From Blastocystis sp. Blastoise (lineage: Eukaryota; Protista; Bigyra: Opalinata), in the NCBI GenBank assembly GCA_039096225.1, contig JBBPEB010000009.1:496001-560000 (forward strand): a DNA stretch of 64,000 nt, in the 5' to 3' direction. Made by a program: the position numbers and the translations under genes. This document shows positions 14,295 through 40,999 of the stretch, in pieces; positions within the stretch are counted from its first letter, which is position 1, and every line of letters begins with the position of its first letter. The notes below the pieces were generated by a model. The model saw only the letters and a list, made by a program, of their open reading frames with translations. It made no database searches and had not been told where the DNA came from.

Positions 14295-15927
14295 ATATAT
14301 AGATACCCAATTTGATTCTACATATATATATGCACGTATTAAGCCATTTATTCAAAGAGAATTAATTATTATATTTAAAGATGAAGATATGGATATATTA
14401 TCAGAATATGTATCACGACTATTAGCTTCTCGTCCCGCCTTTTTTTACCCTCCAAAATCAAATGATTTACACCCGCGGTTTTCTTATCAACAGTATAAAG
14501 AAGCTCAAACAATTCTTTATCAAAAATTATATCAATTATTTTCTGTATATATATATATATTTTATTATTACCTTATGCATATTTATCATAAAATTTATGA
14601 ATATATAATTTAACATAGAGAAATCTTCCTATATTCCTAACGGAAGTCACGTGGTATTTATATTCGTCATTACCATTGGAATCTTTTGATCGTATTAAAC
14701 TATATAAGTATATTTTATATACAACTATTTTTTTTGTTTATAAGGAGATTATTATATATATATATACTATTTATTTAATTATATATATATAATTAGAGAA
14801 CCAAATAGTCAGTCCAATGTATTATTTTCTTCATTAAACTCAACATCACGTGAGGAAAGGAATACAAATCATTATCATGAACACAGTCATAATAGAAGTC
14901 ATCAGGAGTCTCGTGATATCGATATTGATTCACATGATCAGAATTCTATTCATTCTACAACGAATTCCCGTGAAATTACATTAAACGAATATCGAAATAA
15001 TATTGATATGGATATTGATATTGATAATAATCATAATAAAGAAGATAATCATAATAAAGAAGATAATCATAATCATAATCATAATAATCATAATAATAAT
15101 AATCATAAATCTACTTTACAAACTATTAAACCTTCGTCTATGTATAACTCAGAAGAACGTGTGTTGAGTGAACATAACCGCGGTTCTAGTCATCATCATA
15201 TTCATCATCATATTCATCATCATTCTTATGATGAAGCCTCATCTTCTTCTTCTTCTTCTTCTTCTCATCATCATATTCATCATCAATATCATCATTCTAC
15301 TACTACTAATAATAATAAACATATTTCTTCAACAACGAATCATTCTCATTCACATCATTCACATACTTCATTAGAAAGAATACCTACAACTACTAATCAT
15401 GATAATTCAACTAAAACTACTACTACTTCTGCTCCTCTTATTCCTATAATAACAAATACATCTCCTTCTCTATCTCTCTCTACTCCTTCCTCTCTTTCTC
15501 TCTCTATTCCTCAACCTTCTTCTTCTTCTTCATCTCTATATAATCCTATATCTACCTATTCAACATCTTCTACTACAAATATCAAGTAATATATATATTA
15601 TCATATATATATAATTTATTTGTTTTTATAATTTTATTTTACAAATATCTCTATTTAAATATATATATATAGTGACACAAATATACCACAACGAAAACAA
15701 TTCATGACCAGTATATATAAATAATGTTTATATATTTATTATATATAGATACCTATAAACAAAAGATAATCCATGAAAACCCGATAGAGAAAAAGTCTGA
15801 TTCATTCATAAATAATAATATAGGCAAAAAAACAGAGACGTTTAAGCAAGAAAGAATTAAACAAATAAAACAAGAAATATCTTCTATAGACAAACAACTA
15901 AATTATTTATATAAGCAATTATCGTAA
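13125..15927 (+). CDS. TOPORS/Psh1-like RING E3 ubiquitin ligase
   Basis: 11 in-frame GT-AG introns. [44 protein letters not shown] is followed by [10 protein letters not shown] and [19 protein letters not shown], which resemble TOPORS RLxPWLxREL and HEFxSFARSP; His/Ser-rich tail. Confidence 0.75.
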
Positions 15928-16076
15928 AATAATAATTTTATGAAAATTTTTTAATAATTTACACACTTTGTTAACTTTTATTTATTTATAATTTTAAAAC
16001 AACTAAAAACAATAATAACGATATAAATTGATTATAAATAAAAACACAACAACAAGGAATAGTCAAATATTGATTA

Positions 16077-16315
16077 TTAATAGTAATTGTTTTTACTATT
16101 ATTTTTATTAATTATATTTTCAGATATTTCTTTTGCATTAAAATACCTAACAACATAAAATATATTTTACCTTCGATAGCATATCCCTTCTGTACACATT
16201 CTAATCATATTACAAATTATTTTAGAATATTTTTATCAATAAAACAATATATATATATATATACTATCAATATAATTTTTTAATTCAGAAAGTGGTATAT
16301 TTTGAACATGTATAA

Positions 16316-16364
<49 letters not shown>

Positions 16365-17074
16365 TTCACTAGATTCTAGATTCTGTATATGACTTTGATT
16401 TTGTTCATTGTCCATATTTATCTATATAATACTATTATTAGTATTCATAAATATTATTAATCTATATATATATATACAGTTGTCATATAGACATATCCAT
16501 TTTCATTTGTAATTCCTGGTGAATAATATATTATTGGTGATTTACACTATATATACATTAATATAAATTTAACCAAAAAATCATCTATATATATACATAT
16601 ATACATAAAGTTTAGTAGCAGTATATCCAGTTTCTTCTTTTAATTCACGTAACGCACTAGTTTCTACAGATTCTCCTTTATCTATTAATCCTATAGTATA
16701 TTCATTATAAATAGAAGATGATAGAAGAATCTATTTGCATTGAATAAACATAAAAAATAAATACCTGCAGGAAATTCTATACAAAATGTTTTTGCTGGAA
16801 CTCTATAATTTTCAATCAACATTATATGAGGTTCTAAGTAGTTCTTCGATACGAGAAAAGGAATCAAATCGATGCCTAAAGATGAATGATCTTTTTCTAT
16901 TCGTATTCATACCATCTACTTCAATAACACGACTTGTTCTCTCAACACATTCCCATTCCTAAATATATAATTGTTACTTATCACAACATTTCATACCATT
17001 TCCTTATCATTTCCTTCTAAAGTATATTTCTTAATTCCTATCTGAATCCACTTTCCTTTATATTTGACATCCAT
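16077..17074 (-). CDS. Nudix hydrolase, ADP-ribose pyrophosphatase (NUDT5-like)
   Basis: 7 introns; EWECVERT and [28 protein letters not shown] (complete Nudix box). Confidence 0.9.
16317..16364 (-). other. Intron composed entirely of G(TA)23G
   Basis: Removal joins ...QNLESSE|IIHVQNIPLSEL in frame; the sequence between the terminal Gs is pure TA. Confidence 0.85.
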
Positions 17075-17749
17075 CAAGTTATTTTTTTATATTTTAAGAA
17101 ATGACAGCTTTTAATGACAAATTTTAAAAAATATCTTTTTTTAAGGTTGTAGAAAGTGAATTATATTCAATTTTTATATGATTTTGCTCTCAAATGTTTT
17201 ATCAACGCACAACAGAGATATAAATATATATAATATTCATTAACACCAAGAAAACTAATAAATGTCAAAAAAATATTATATAAACGATTCTTGCTAATTT
17301 TTGATAATGACAAATAATACATAAAATAATCTATTATTTTATTTTTTTCTACCCTTTAATAAAACATCAAAAATCTCATTTATTCCAATTACTTCATTCT
17401 TCAACGAATATCTTTTTTTTTTAATCAATTCACAGAAAATATACACCTTATTAGATCATTTTACAAACAATATACCTTTAACTATGTATAATTACCTTTA
17501 AAAAATAGAAATTAAAAATATACACCCAAAACAAAAGAAAATTTGTGATGTTCTAAAAGAACATTTTTCATTCTTCTAATTTTGTAGAAGAAAGACTATT
17601 CATGATTAATAGGGATAATTAGTGAAGAAATCCAATAAAAACGTGATTAGGAAAAAGAAACACAATAAAACAACCTTTTTCAAACGTTTTTTCTACATTT
17701 ATCAGGTTATTCTTTTTTCGAGTACTTACTCTTTATATTCTTATTTATC

Positions 17750-18734
17750 ATGGTTTCCGTTTGGTTCTTTGCTGCTAATCTTATTGGATACTTCAGAATT
17801 ATCACTGGTATTCTTGCTTTCTATTACAGAACTTCCAATCCCTTATATTTCTGTGTTTTATACTTCGTAAGCTATCTTGCTGATGCTTTCGATGGTACTG
17901 CTGCGCGTGCTTTACATCAATGTATTCATTTTTTTTTTAAATCTTATTTTAATCTCTTTTTTGTTTATTTTTAGGTTCTCAATTTGGTGCTTGCTTAGAT
18001 ATGACTACCGACAGGTATGTAAACCTTTTTATTAGACATATTAAATAATAATTATTATTATTTATATAGATTCTGTACTGCTGCCTTATTATGTGTTCTT
18101 AGTAACTTATATCCTGATCAAGCTTATATATTTATTTGTTTAATGATTCTTGATATTGTCTCTCATTGGACTCAAATGTTTGCGTATTTATTTTATTATA
18201 AGTTTTTTTATTATTATTATTTTTATTTTCATTAGTTTGCTATGAATGATCTATATATATATATAGTTCTTCTAATTGTGGTATGGTTTCTCATAAAGCT
18301 ATGACTAAGAAAGATAATGTATTATTAAGATTATATTATAATAACAGAATTGTTTTATTCACTGTTTGCTTTATGAACGAAGCTTATTTTGTCTGCAAAT
18401 ATATCCTTGCTACTATGTATATATTTGTGTTTGTTTATTATATATGTTTTTTTTCTTTTGATTATATATGTTGTTAATATTTATTATTATAGATTATTTT
18501 TATTATTTATTATTAATAAACATATTATCTACTATATATAATTGTTATTATATCTCTAGTAATCATCCTACAATGGCCATTTTTGCTCCTTATGATAAAT
18601 ATTTCACTATTTTCATGCAAGTTTGTTTCCCTGTTTTTGTTTTCAAACAAATCACTTCTATTCTTGCTTACATTGGTGCTTGTAAGAGAATTGTTCATCA
18701 CGATCAAGAACAAATTAAGAATAAAAAACACTAA
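17750..18734 (+). CDS. PIS1: CDP-diacylglycerol--inositol 3-phosphatidyltransferase (phosphatidylinositol synthase)
   Basis: ANLIGYFRI, DAFDGTAARALHQCSQFGACLDMTTDR (CDP-alcohol phosphotransferase motif), LDIVSHW; 4 introns. Confidence 0.95.
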
Positions 18735-18994
18735 ATGACTTGTTTCTTTCTTCAGATTCTATTCTAGACACATAGTTTTGTGTTCATTCATTTTTTTTTT
18801 TTGTTTTTATTGAATTTTATTGATCAAAGTCGATATTCACTTACATCAACATTGCTTTATGACTTGCAACAAAATATTAATCCGTAATTTTTGTAAATAA
18901 AATTATCAAAAAATTATTTAAAAATAATTGTAAAAAAATTAAAAATAAATTAAAAAAAAATTAAAAAATATTCAACCGTATTAACTCGTTAAAT

Positions 18995-21075
<2,081 letters not shown>

Positions 21076-21493
21076 TAAAATTATTTATCAATTTATTATT
21101 CTTATTGTCCAATCTTCTATACATAATAATTATTTTTTCTTGTTTATTCTTGACATTATAATTGATTTTATGCTTGAATCTCATTTTTTTATTTCCTCCT
21201 AATACATCGTTGTTGTGTTATTTATTTAGTCTTTTAAAATAATATTTAAACATATATATTACTTGCTAACAATACAATTTAATGACCAAAAAATAGAAAT
21301 TTAAAAAGAAAAATTTATGATGAAAAAGTATATATACAAAGAAGAAAGAAACAAAAAAGAAAAGTCTCATATAGTTATAAAATAAGTAAATAAAAGCAAT
21401 TATAAAATTGGTGAAAATGATATCTTTAAAAAATTAAATATATAAACGTATAAAAATACATGTATAAATAAAAATATAACATACAAATGTCTT

Positions 21494-21537
<44 letters not shown>

Positions 21538-21543
21538 TTACAA

Positions 21544-33141
<11,598 letters not shown>

Positions 33142-33765
33142 TTATTGATGAGAAAGAATAAAAAAGATAATTTATTTAAAAAATGACTTTAAAAAAGAAA
33201 ACTAGTATTTTTTGTGAATTCCACTTTCAAAAATGGAAATTCCCGTGAAACTTCTTTGTTAAAAAAATAAGTTTTTTCTTTTAATTTTTCATTTATATCG
33301 ATATTTCTATTGTTTATTGACGAGTTGTTGTTTGTTGTGTTCTAGTTTGAATGAAGATAGAAAAGAAATTGAATTTCAATGGATTCATTGTATAAATTAT
33401 AATTTATACTATGTAAAGATCTCATGATTTGCATATAAATATATCTATAGACAACTTTCCTTTGTGATTTTAATGGTTAAAGTGTATGAATATTATAAAA
33501 AATGTAAAAGAAAAACAAAATGAATACGAAACAAGAAAAAAAGCAAATTCTCATTAGAATATATATATGAATAAATACTTAATATAATATATGGCATAAC
33601 TCCTAATAAATCAAACACGAAGAAGTTGATGTTTTTAAAAGAAAGTATACTATAGTAAGTATTTATACAGAATAGGAGAAAATATAAAAGACAAATATGT
33701 ATGAATAATAGTATGTATTTAGTATAATAGAATATAATTGATTTGATATTATATAAAGAAGATTA

Positions 33766-35193
33766 TTATGAAGGAATATTAATTTGGGAATCTTTCGTTG
33801 CTTGTAGTTTTACAGCACTAGCTTGATCTTTATTGTTATTATTATTATTATTATTATTATCATCTGAATTTTCTACTTTATTCTCTTTATATTCTTTATT
33901 ATCTGGATTTTCTTCTTTATTTTCTTTATTTTCTTTTTCATTAATACATTTGGTGGATAGTTCTACATCAATACTATATTTCTTATTGGATTCATTTTCT
34001 TTTCGTTTATAATTATAAGCAATATGAATACATATAATACCAATTAAACCACATAAAGTATAAGGAACTAATAATTTAAATCCCCATTCTTTACCAACAA
34101 ATTTATTAACATATCCTACAATTAAATTTAATATTTCTTTAAAAATACCTGTTAAAGAAGTCATTAAAGAAGAAGCAATAGGAGCATTTTCTTCCCAATA
34201 TTTCATATTAATACATACAATTAAAGGCCAATAAGCACCAATACTAATACCAGTAGCAGCAATAGCATAAGAACCATTTTCTCCAAAACAGAATCCTGCT
34301 ATAAATAACACTAAAGAAGTTATTAATGCTATATAATATAAAGTAAATGTATCCATTTTATTATTAACAATAGCTAAAAGTACTCTTGATACTGTATATG
34401 TAATAGTATATACAGTCATATACTTTGTACCTTCAGTTGTAGGATCCCAATTATACATATCTTGTAAATAAATTAAAAACCAATCTACTAAGACATACAT
34501 AGAAGCAGCCATAAATGAATAAGTTACAATAATTAACCATAAAACTTTCTTCTTTAATAATTGAGACATAGGAATAAGGGGTTTCAAAACTTCATTATTC
34601 ATTACTTTTCGTTTGAAATCATATTTTGTACACAAAATATATATAATGGCTATCAAAGTGAATGGAAGAGTAATCATATAAGCACTTCGAAATCCAAAAT
34701 CAAATAAAGGAATAATATTTCTAGAAATTAAAGGAGAAAGAATAGTACCTATACCAAAAACAAAATGAGCAAGACTTATCATCAATGTAGTATTCTTCAA
34801 GAAAATAGCTGTAGCCAATGCATTATTACATATTTGAATAAAAGCAGTTCCAAACCAAACGATTATTAGTGAAATCATAACTGTAGGAAATGAATAGGAA
34901 AAGAAAATGCATATAGCACCAACAAACCAAAACATAAGACCTGTTAGCAAACAACACTTGTACGAAAACTTTTGAATGCACCATGTAACAAAAAAGCCAA
35001 AGGCAACATAACAATACCCTAAAGCAGTAATTATATAAGAGATTACATCATAATCTAAATTAAATTCGGACCTCATAGAAGACATGGCAATGCTTCGAAA
35101 ATTATCAAAGATACCACTGATTATTTGGACATAGAAAACCTGTATCGTGAGAAGCCAATAAGTCTTTTTACTTATATCAATTTCATATCCCAT
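33766..35193 (-). CDS. Intronless MFS transporter (12-TM, FucP/MFSD4-like)
   Basis: Single exon, 6+6 hydrophobic helices, HFVFGIGTILSPLI and GAYWPLI motifs. The likely start is the ATG at 35193 (MGYEIDISKK), matching the paralog start. Confidence 0.85.
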   Translation of the reverse strand: MGYEIDISKKTYWLLTIQVFYVQIISGIFDNFRSIAMSSMRSEFNLDYDVISYIITALGYCYVAFGFFVTWCIQKFSYKCCLLTGLMFWFVGAICIFFSYSFPTVMISLIIVWFGTAFIQICNNALATAIFLKNTTLMISLAHFVFGIGTILSPLISRNIIPLFDFGFRSAYMITLPFTLIAIIYILCTKYDFKRKVMNNEVLKPLIPMSQLLKKKVLWLIIVTYSFMAASMYVLVDWFLIYLQDMYNWDPTTEGTKYMTVYTITYTVSRVLLAIVNNKMDTFTLYYIALITSLVLFIAGFCFGENGSYAIAATGISIGAYWPLIVCINMKYWEENAPIASSLMTSLTGIFKEILNLIVGYVNKFVGKEWGFKLLVPYTLCGLIGIICIHIAYNYKRKENESNKKYSIDVELSTKCINEKENKENKEENPDNKEYKENKVENSDDNNNNNNNNNKDQASAVKLQATKDSQINIPS

Positions 35194-36409
35194 GATTAAT
35201 TTCACATAATAAAAGAAAAATAAACAGAAATCCACACAAATAAAAAAATTTGTTTGTCAGGTATGTAAAGTCAGTTTGTTATCTATAAAGTCATTTTAAC
35301 AAACAGAATATTTTTGACCCGATATATAAATCAAATTTATTAACGAAAGAATTATTGTACCTTGTAATACAAGGAATTATAATAATTCTTATAAAAAACT
35401 ATTTTTCATCAATTTTTTATTTATTTTTATATCCTATATTATTATAACTATTCATTAAACAAAGGAAATATATAAATCATGGAATAAATGAGAATCTACA
35501 AAAAAAATGAAAAATTTCTCGTTTTCTTCGTCAATATTTGTTTCATTCTTATATTAGTCAATATCGTATATTATTCATAAACTTTTCTTTGCTTGTTATA
35601 ATTGAAAACAAAAAAACGAGCAACAATTTTCACCAATTCTTGTTGTAAATCACAGCTTTGAAAGCATAGTTTGAACCAATAATACATTTTTTATCTTTAT
35701 GAACTCGAATAACAAATTTATCTATATTCAACTTATGAATTTATTATATCATTTGATAAAATAAAAGCAATTTAATGTATAGTTTAAACACAATTCATAA
35801 ACAGATTAAAAGAATCATTACATATTTGGTCCTTCATAATGATTCGTTCTCGTTAAAAAGAGAAAAGAATAGCCAATAGTTTTATAGAATTTTCAAGAAT
35901 TTTCTGTTTTCTGTAAAAAATGATGATTTCTTTGATTGATTATTTTCAAATATGACTTTGAAAAATGAAAAGAATCATGAAGAAAACACATTAAGATTCA
36001 TATGCTCTAAGAAAAACACCCAAATGAATTTAAGTCTTTTAATTGATGGAGAAGACCTCTGACACATCATGACGTCATAAATCTATCTTTTAAAACCACT
36101 AAAAAGAATTTTTATCAATAATTTCTCTATTTGACTTTCAAAAAGCAAATGAATTCTGAATCATAAGCACTGAAAAAACACAAATCTATTTATTGGATGA
36201 ACAAAATAGTATACGTAATCTATTTGACAGCACGAGATTCATCCAATAATTCATTGATTTAATCATGCTCAAAAATTATTTCTTCTTCTTTTTCTTTCTT
36301 TTGCTTTTGAAAAGTCAAAACTATTTTTAAAAACTCTTATTTTTTTTGTATTGATTACATTATGTAGTTTTATTTTGAAATTCATTAAATCCTTTAACGC
36401 TATTTTTCG

Positions 36410-38026
36410 ATGGCAGTCAAATTAGAAATAAAAAAAGCTACTTACGTGATTCTTTCTATCGTTTGTTATTCGCTTGAGTTACTGATTGGTCTCTTCGATT
36501 ATATGAGAAGTGTTCTATTCAATTCAATACAGAAAGAATTCTCTTTAGCGGATGACTCACTAGCCTTGATCATTTCTTCACTTGGATATGCTTCTATTTT
36601 TTATTATTTGTTTACTACACTTCTTATCAACTGTATGACTATCAAAGCTTTGAATATATTATCGTTATGTATTTGGATTTGTGGAATTGCCGTTTTTTAT
36701 TTCATTCATAATTATTATTTGCTAATATTTGCTTTATTCTTATTTTGGTTTGGTACTGCATCAACTGATATTGGTCTTAATGCCTTAATCACTCATATCT
36801 TCGTAGATAATTCTCAATTTATGGTTGGTATAGCAAATTGCTTTTATGGTGTTGGTGGCCTTATTTGTCCATTTATCTATAAATGGTTATTAAAACAAGA
36901 AGGTTCTTCATATCGTGATGTTTATATGGCTTATTGTATTCCTACAGTAATTATTATTTTACTGATTATTTTCACTAAATATGATTATACTATTACTTTT
37001 ACTGATGATAATGATACGAAAGTGAAAAATCAAGATGTTAAAGCTTCTGAATCAGTTAAAACAAATGAAAAACAAGAAGAATCCTCTACATTGAATTCAA
37101 ATGAAATCAAAGATATAGAAATGTCAGAAATCGAATCAAAAAAAGATATAGAAATGTCAGAAATCGAATCAAAAAAAGATATAGAAATGTCAGAAATCAA
37201 ATCAAAAAAAGAAAAGATATCAGAAATCGAATCCAAAAAAGAAAAATCTTCTCATGAAAATAAAAAGTCAAAAAAACAAAATAAAAAATCGAAAAAACAA
37301 AGTTATTCATTCTTTAAAGAATCTGTTTTTTGGACACTTTTATTAGTAGTTGTTTGTTTTCAACAAGCACATTATATGATCATTGATTGGTCATTGAATT
37401 ATTTAGAAGTAGTTTGGGGTTGGGAAACAACGGGTAAAGGTGCTGATTTTATTCAAATTTATGGTCTTACATTTACATTAGGTAGAATAGCATTTTCTTT
37501 TATTGGTGGTAAACTTGGTTCATTTAATACTCAACTTGTTTTATCTATTGGCTCTTGTCTTCTTATATTAATAGGATTCTTAACAGGTGAAGTAGGTAAT
37601 TATCTTATTGCTTGTTCTGGTTTCTTCTTAGGTCCTACATTTCCTACTATGATGACTATTATTATGGAAGTTTGGGGACAAGAATCTACTTTTATATTAA
37701 GTATGGTAATTACATTATATGCTGCTCTTAAAGAAATACTTAATTATTCTATTGGTTTATTAAATACATATGTTGGAACAGAATGGGGATATCGACTTCT
37801 TTTACTTATTTCCTTTGCTCAAGTAATTCTTCATATTTGCTGCCAACTTATCCACAAAAAACAAGTATTACGTAGAAAATCTCAAAAGTCATCTACAAAC
37901 CAAAAACCAAATAGTATCAAGACAGAAATTGGTAATTCAGATTCGGATAAAGAAGAAAATAAATTAGAATCAACACAAAACTCTCATCAAACTATAGAGA
38001 AAATTACTGTTGTCTCACAGTCATAA
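36410..38026 (+). CDS. Intronless MFS transporter, paralog of 33766-35193
   Basis: Single 538-aa exon; NCFYGVGGLICP, GPTFPT, KEILNYSIGLLNTYVGTEWGYRLL (versus KEILNLIVGYVNKFVGKEWGFKLL in the neighbour). Confidence 0.85.
   Translation: MAVKLEIKKATYVILSIVCYSLELLIGLFDYMRSVLFNSIQKEFSLADDSLALIISSLGYASIFYYLFTTLLINCMTIKALNILSLCIWICGIAVFYFIHNYYLLIFALFLFWFGTASTDIGLNALITHIFVDNSQFMVGIANCFYGVGGLICPFIYKWLLKQEGSSYRDVYMAYCIPTVIIILLIIFTKYDYTITFTDDNDTKVKNQDVKASESVKTNEKQEESSTLNSNEIKDIEMSEIESKKDIEMSEIESKKDIEMSEIKSKKEKISEIESKKEKSSHENKKSKKQNKKSKKQSYSFFKESVFWTLLLVVVCFQQAHYMIIDWSLNYLEVVWGWETTGKGADFIQIYGLTFTLGRIAFSFIGGKLGSFNTQLVLSIGSCLLILIGFLTGEVGNYLIACSGFFLGPTFPTMMTIIMEVWGQESTFILSMVITLYAALKEILNYSIGLLNTYVGTEWGYRLLLLISFAQVILHICCQLIHKKQVLRRKSQKSSTNQKPNSIKTEIGNSDSDKEENKLESTQNSHQTIEKITVVSQS
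37110..37240 (+). repeat. Coding 33-bp tandem repeat (KDIEMSEIESK) in the MFS central loop
   Basis: AAAGATATAGAAATGTCAGAAATCGAATCAAAA about 3 copies plus a partial copy. Confidence 0.85.
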
Positions 38027-38599
38027 TACAAACATGTTTTTCGCATTATCCTTCAATAATTATTGTAGTTTGTCTAAATTTTGTTTTTTATTTGTTTTTG
38101 TTCTATTATTCTCCTTTTCGTTCATTGTTTGTATTGTTTATTATTTGTTTTTACTCTATGTTAGCCTGTAATCTTCATTTTATGATTTGCTTTTTGTTCT
38201 GTTTTTTAGTTTATTTCATAAAAGTCACTATTTTAAGGTATTTCAATTATGTTTTATACTCGTGACAACACCACTCTTATAAAACATGACTTCGTTTTCC
38301 TTCATTCCTTTGATTTGATGAATTCTATAACTAGTTCTTCCAGTCACTGTTCTGAATTTGTGAATACATTAACTGTAATGAGATTTATTGAAAGTATTTG
38401 TAGATATACGGTAATAATGACATCATTCAGATTTTGAATGATGTCATGACTGTTTTATTGGATAATTTCTTTGATCTATCCAATAAGACAGAGAGAACAT
38501 TCTTTAAGAATAGAATACCAAAGAATACTTTTTTGTAATTTTATATATTTTTTCGATTGTATAATTTATTCTATTTAGAATACAGAATATCTAAAGAAA

Positions 38600-40574
38600 A
38601 TGGAGAGTATTTTTCAGCAGATAGCTCCTCTTTGGCAACAAGTATCTATTATCAATATTTCTTTCATACGTTTCTAAATTATGATGTCTTATAGTTTTGT
38701 CATGCTACCCTTATTATTACACCTGAACTTGTAGATCAAATTACTCCTGAAGCACTCATTAATTTAGGTGTTCCTCTAGATCAAGTATATCAACGAAATT
38801 CTTTATTTTTTTAAATTATATATATTATTTTGTTAAATTATATAGACTTGATTATTCATATTTATTATTTTTTTAAAATGTTTATTTATTTATTGACTAT
38901 TCTATATCTTATATCATTAATTTATAGATTCGATTATTTATATCTATGTTTGTCAGTTTACCATTAGCTTATATTCATTATATTGTACCTTCAGTAATGA
39001 TGAAAAAACTTTTATCAATTATCTTTGGTGTTCTCTTGTTGCAATTCACCTTTTTTGAAGGGTAAATGTTGTTACTTTTTTAATATTATTTTATTTTATT
39101 TTATTTTTTAATATTATTTTATTTTATTTTATTATTATTATTTAATATTATTTATATTTCTTATGAATATATCATTTATATTATTTATAGATGGATACAT
39201 AGTATAATAACAAGTGTTATAGTTTATCTTCAAATTCGTTTCTTCTCTAAAAGACATATGCAATATACTGTATTCTTATTTTCGATCTTATATTTAGCAG
39301 CAAGGTATTTTTTATATTTATTATTATTCATTTTATTATATTTATTAATTATCCTATAAATAAATATTATTTATTTTCTCTATAGTCATATATATCGTAT
39401 GTCTGTTGATTATATGGGTTGGAAAATTGATTTTACTACTTATTTAATGGTTTTTATTATTAAATTTAGTTCTTTAGGCTATAATATCTATGATGGAGTC
39501 TGTGATAAGGTATAATCTATATATATGTTTATTATTTATTTTCTATTTAATAATTTATATATTTATCTGCATTTACATTCATTTCTTTCTTCTATTCATT
39601 CTCATCTCTCTTTATAGGAGAATATTGATAAGAATGCTAAAGAAGATAGCCGTAAAGGTCGTATGTATAAACGTCGTCAAGATGCTTATGTGACTTCTAT
39701 TCCTTCTTTCTTTGATTTCTTAGCTTATGTATATCATTTCCCTGGATTTATGACAGGTCCTTGTATATTCTATAGAGAATATATTGATACTATTGAAGGA
39801 AAAACACCTCAACCTCAAAAGAAATCAAGTCGTATTATAGCTTCTCTTCAACAAAATATACTTGGAATCATCACTTTATTCTCTTATCTATATTTAAATT
39901 CTTTATATCCTCAAACAGATCTAGTTACTGATGTTACTAAAGATTATTCTATTTTACGTTATTTATGGGCTTGTGAATTCCGTTGTATTATTACTAGATT
40001 AAAATATCATGGTATTTGGAAAATTAGTGAAAGTGTATGTATATTAGATGGATTTGGTTATGAAGGTAAAGATGAACAAGGTAAAGATAAATGGACAGGT
40101 ATTTCAAACTCTTCTATTCTATATACAGAATTAGCTTCTGATTTCTCTACACTTACAAGAAATTGGAATATTAGAACTCAAAAATGGTTACAAATGTATA
40201 CTTATGAACGTACAAATAATAGTTTATTATGCTTATACACAGTTTCTGCTTTCTGGCATGGCTTTTATCCTGGATATTATATTTTCTTCTTAACGCTTGC
40301 TGTAGCTCAATATGTCTCTAGAATTCATAAGAAGAAAATGTATCCTCTTTATCAAAAGAATAAATATACTCAACTTCTCTATGATATTCTTTCTGTTCCA
40401 TTCACTGAATTTATTGTTTCTTATTATGCAAGTGCTTTCTTCCTTCTTTCTGTTGATAATGCATTAATCCTTTTCCAGAGAATTCATTATCTTAGCTATA
40501 TAGTTCTTGTCATTTGTCTTGTTGTCTATTCTATTCTACCTTCTCCCAAACAAGAAAAACCCAAATCTCAATAA
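38600..40574 (+). CDS. MBOAT lysophospholipid acyltransferase (ALE1/LPCAT-like)
   Basis: 5 introns; GFMTGP, RLKYHGIWKISE, WNIRTQKWL, SAFWHGFYPGYY with the catalytic His. Confidence 0.92.
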
Positions 40575-40688
40575 TTCTTATATATATTTTCTATTGTATT
40601 AGTTCTAATAAGATTCTTAATCTTTTTGTTATTTATTGCTTTCATTACTCTATGTTTATTTTTTTTTTTTATTGTTTTGTTAAAATGT

Positions 40689-40722
<34 letters not shown>

Positions 40723-40999
40723 CAATAAATGCGAATTAATTTATTGTCTTTTTTCATAAGATTTACATAAAAGCATTTTTGAGCTTTATAGAATAATGAT
40801 AATTTGACTTTAAGAAATCATGAATATGAACAATATTTGGAACTTTAAAAATAATATTAAAAAAATATTCATTCAATAGCATCGCCCTTATTTAAGTATA
40901 ATATCATAAAATAATAGAACTACTCTACAATAACCATACTCTATATACTCATACATATGTATATACAATAATTGCTCCTAAAAAAACGACTTTATACAA

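Noticed and set aside
17101-17312. Recurrent ATGAC/GTCAT half-sites upstream of genes
   Set aside because: A rough count is near chance expectation for this base composition.
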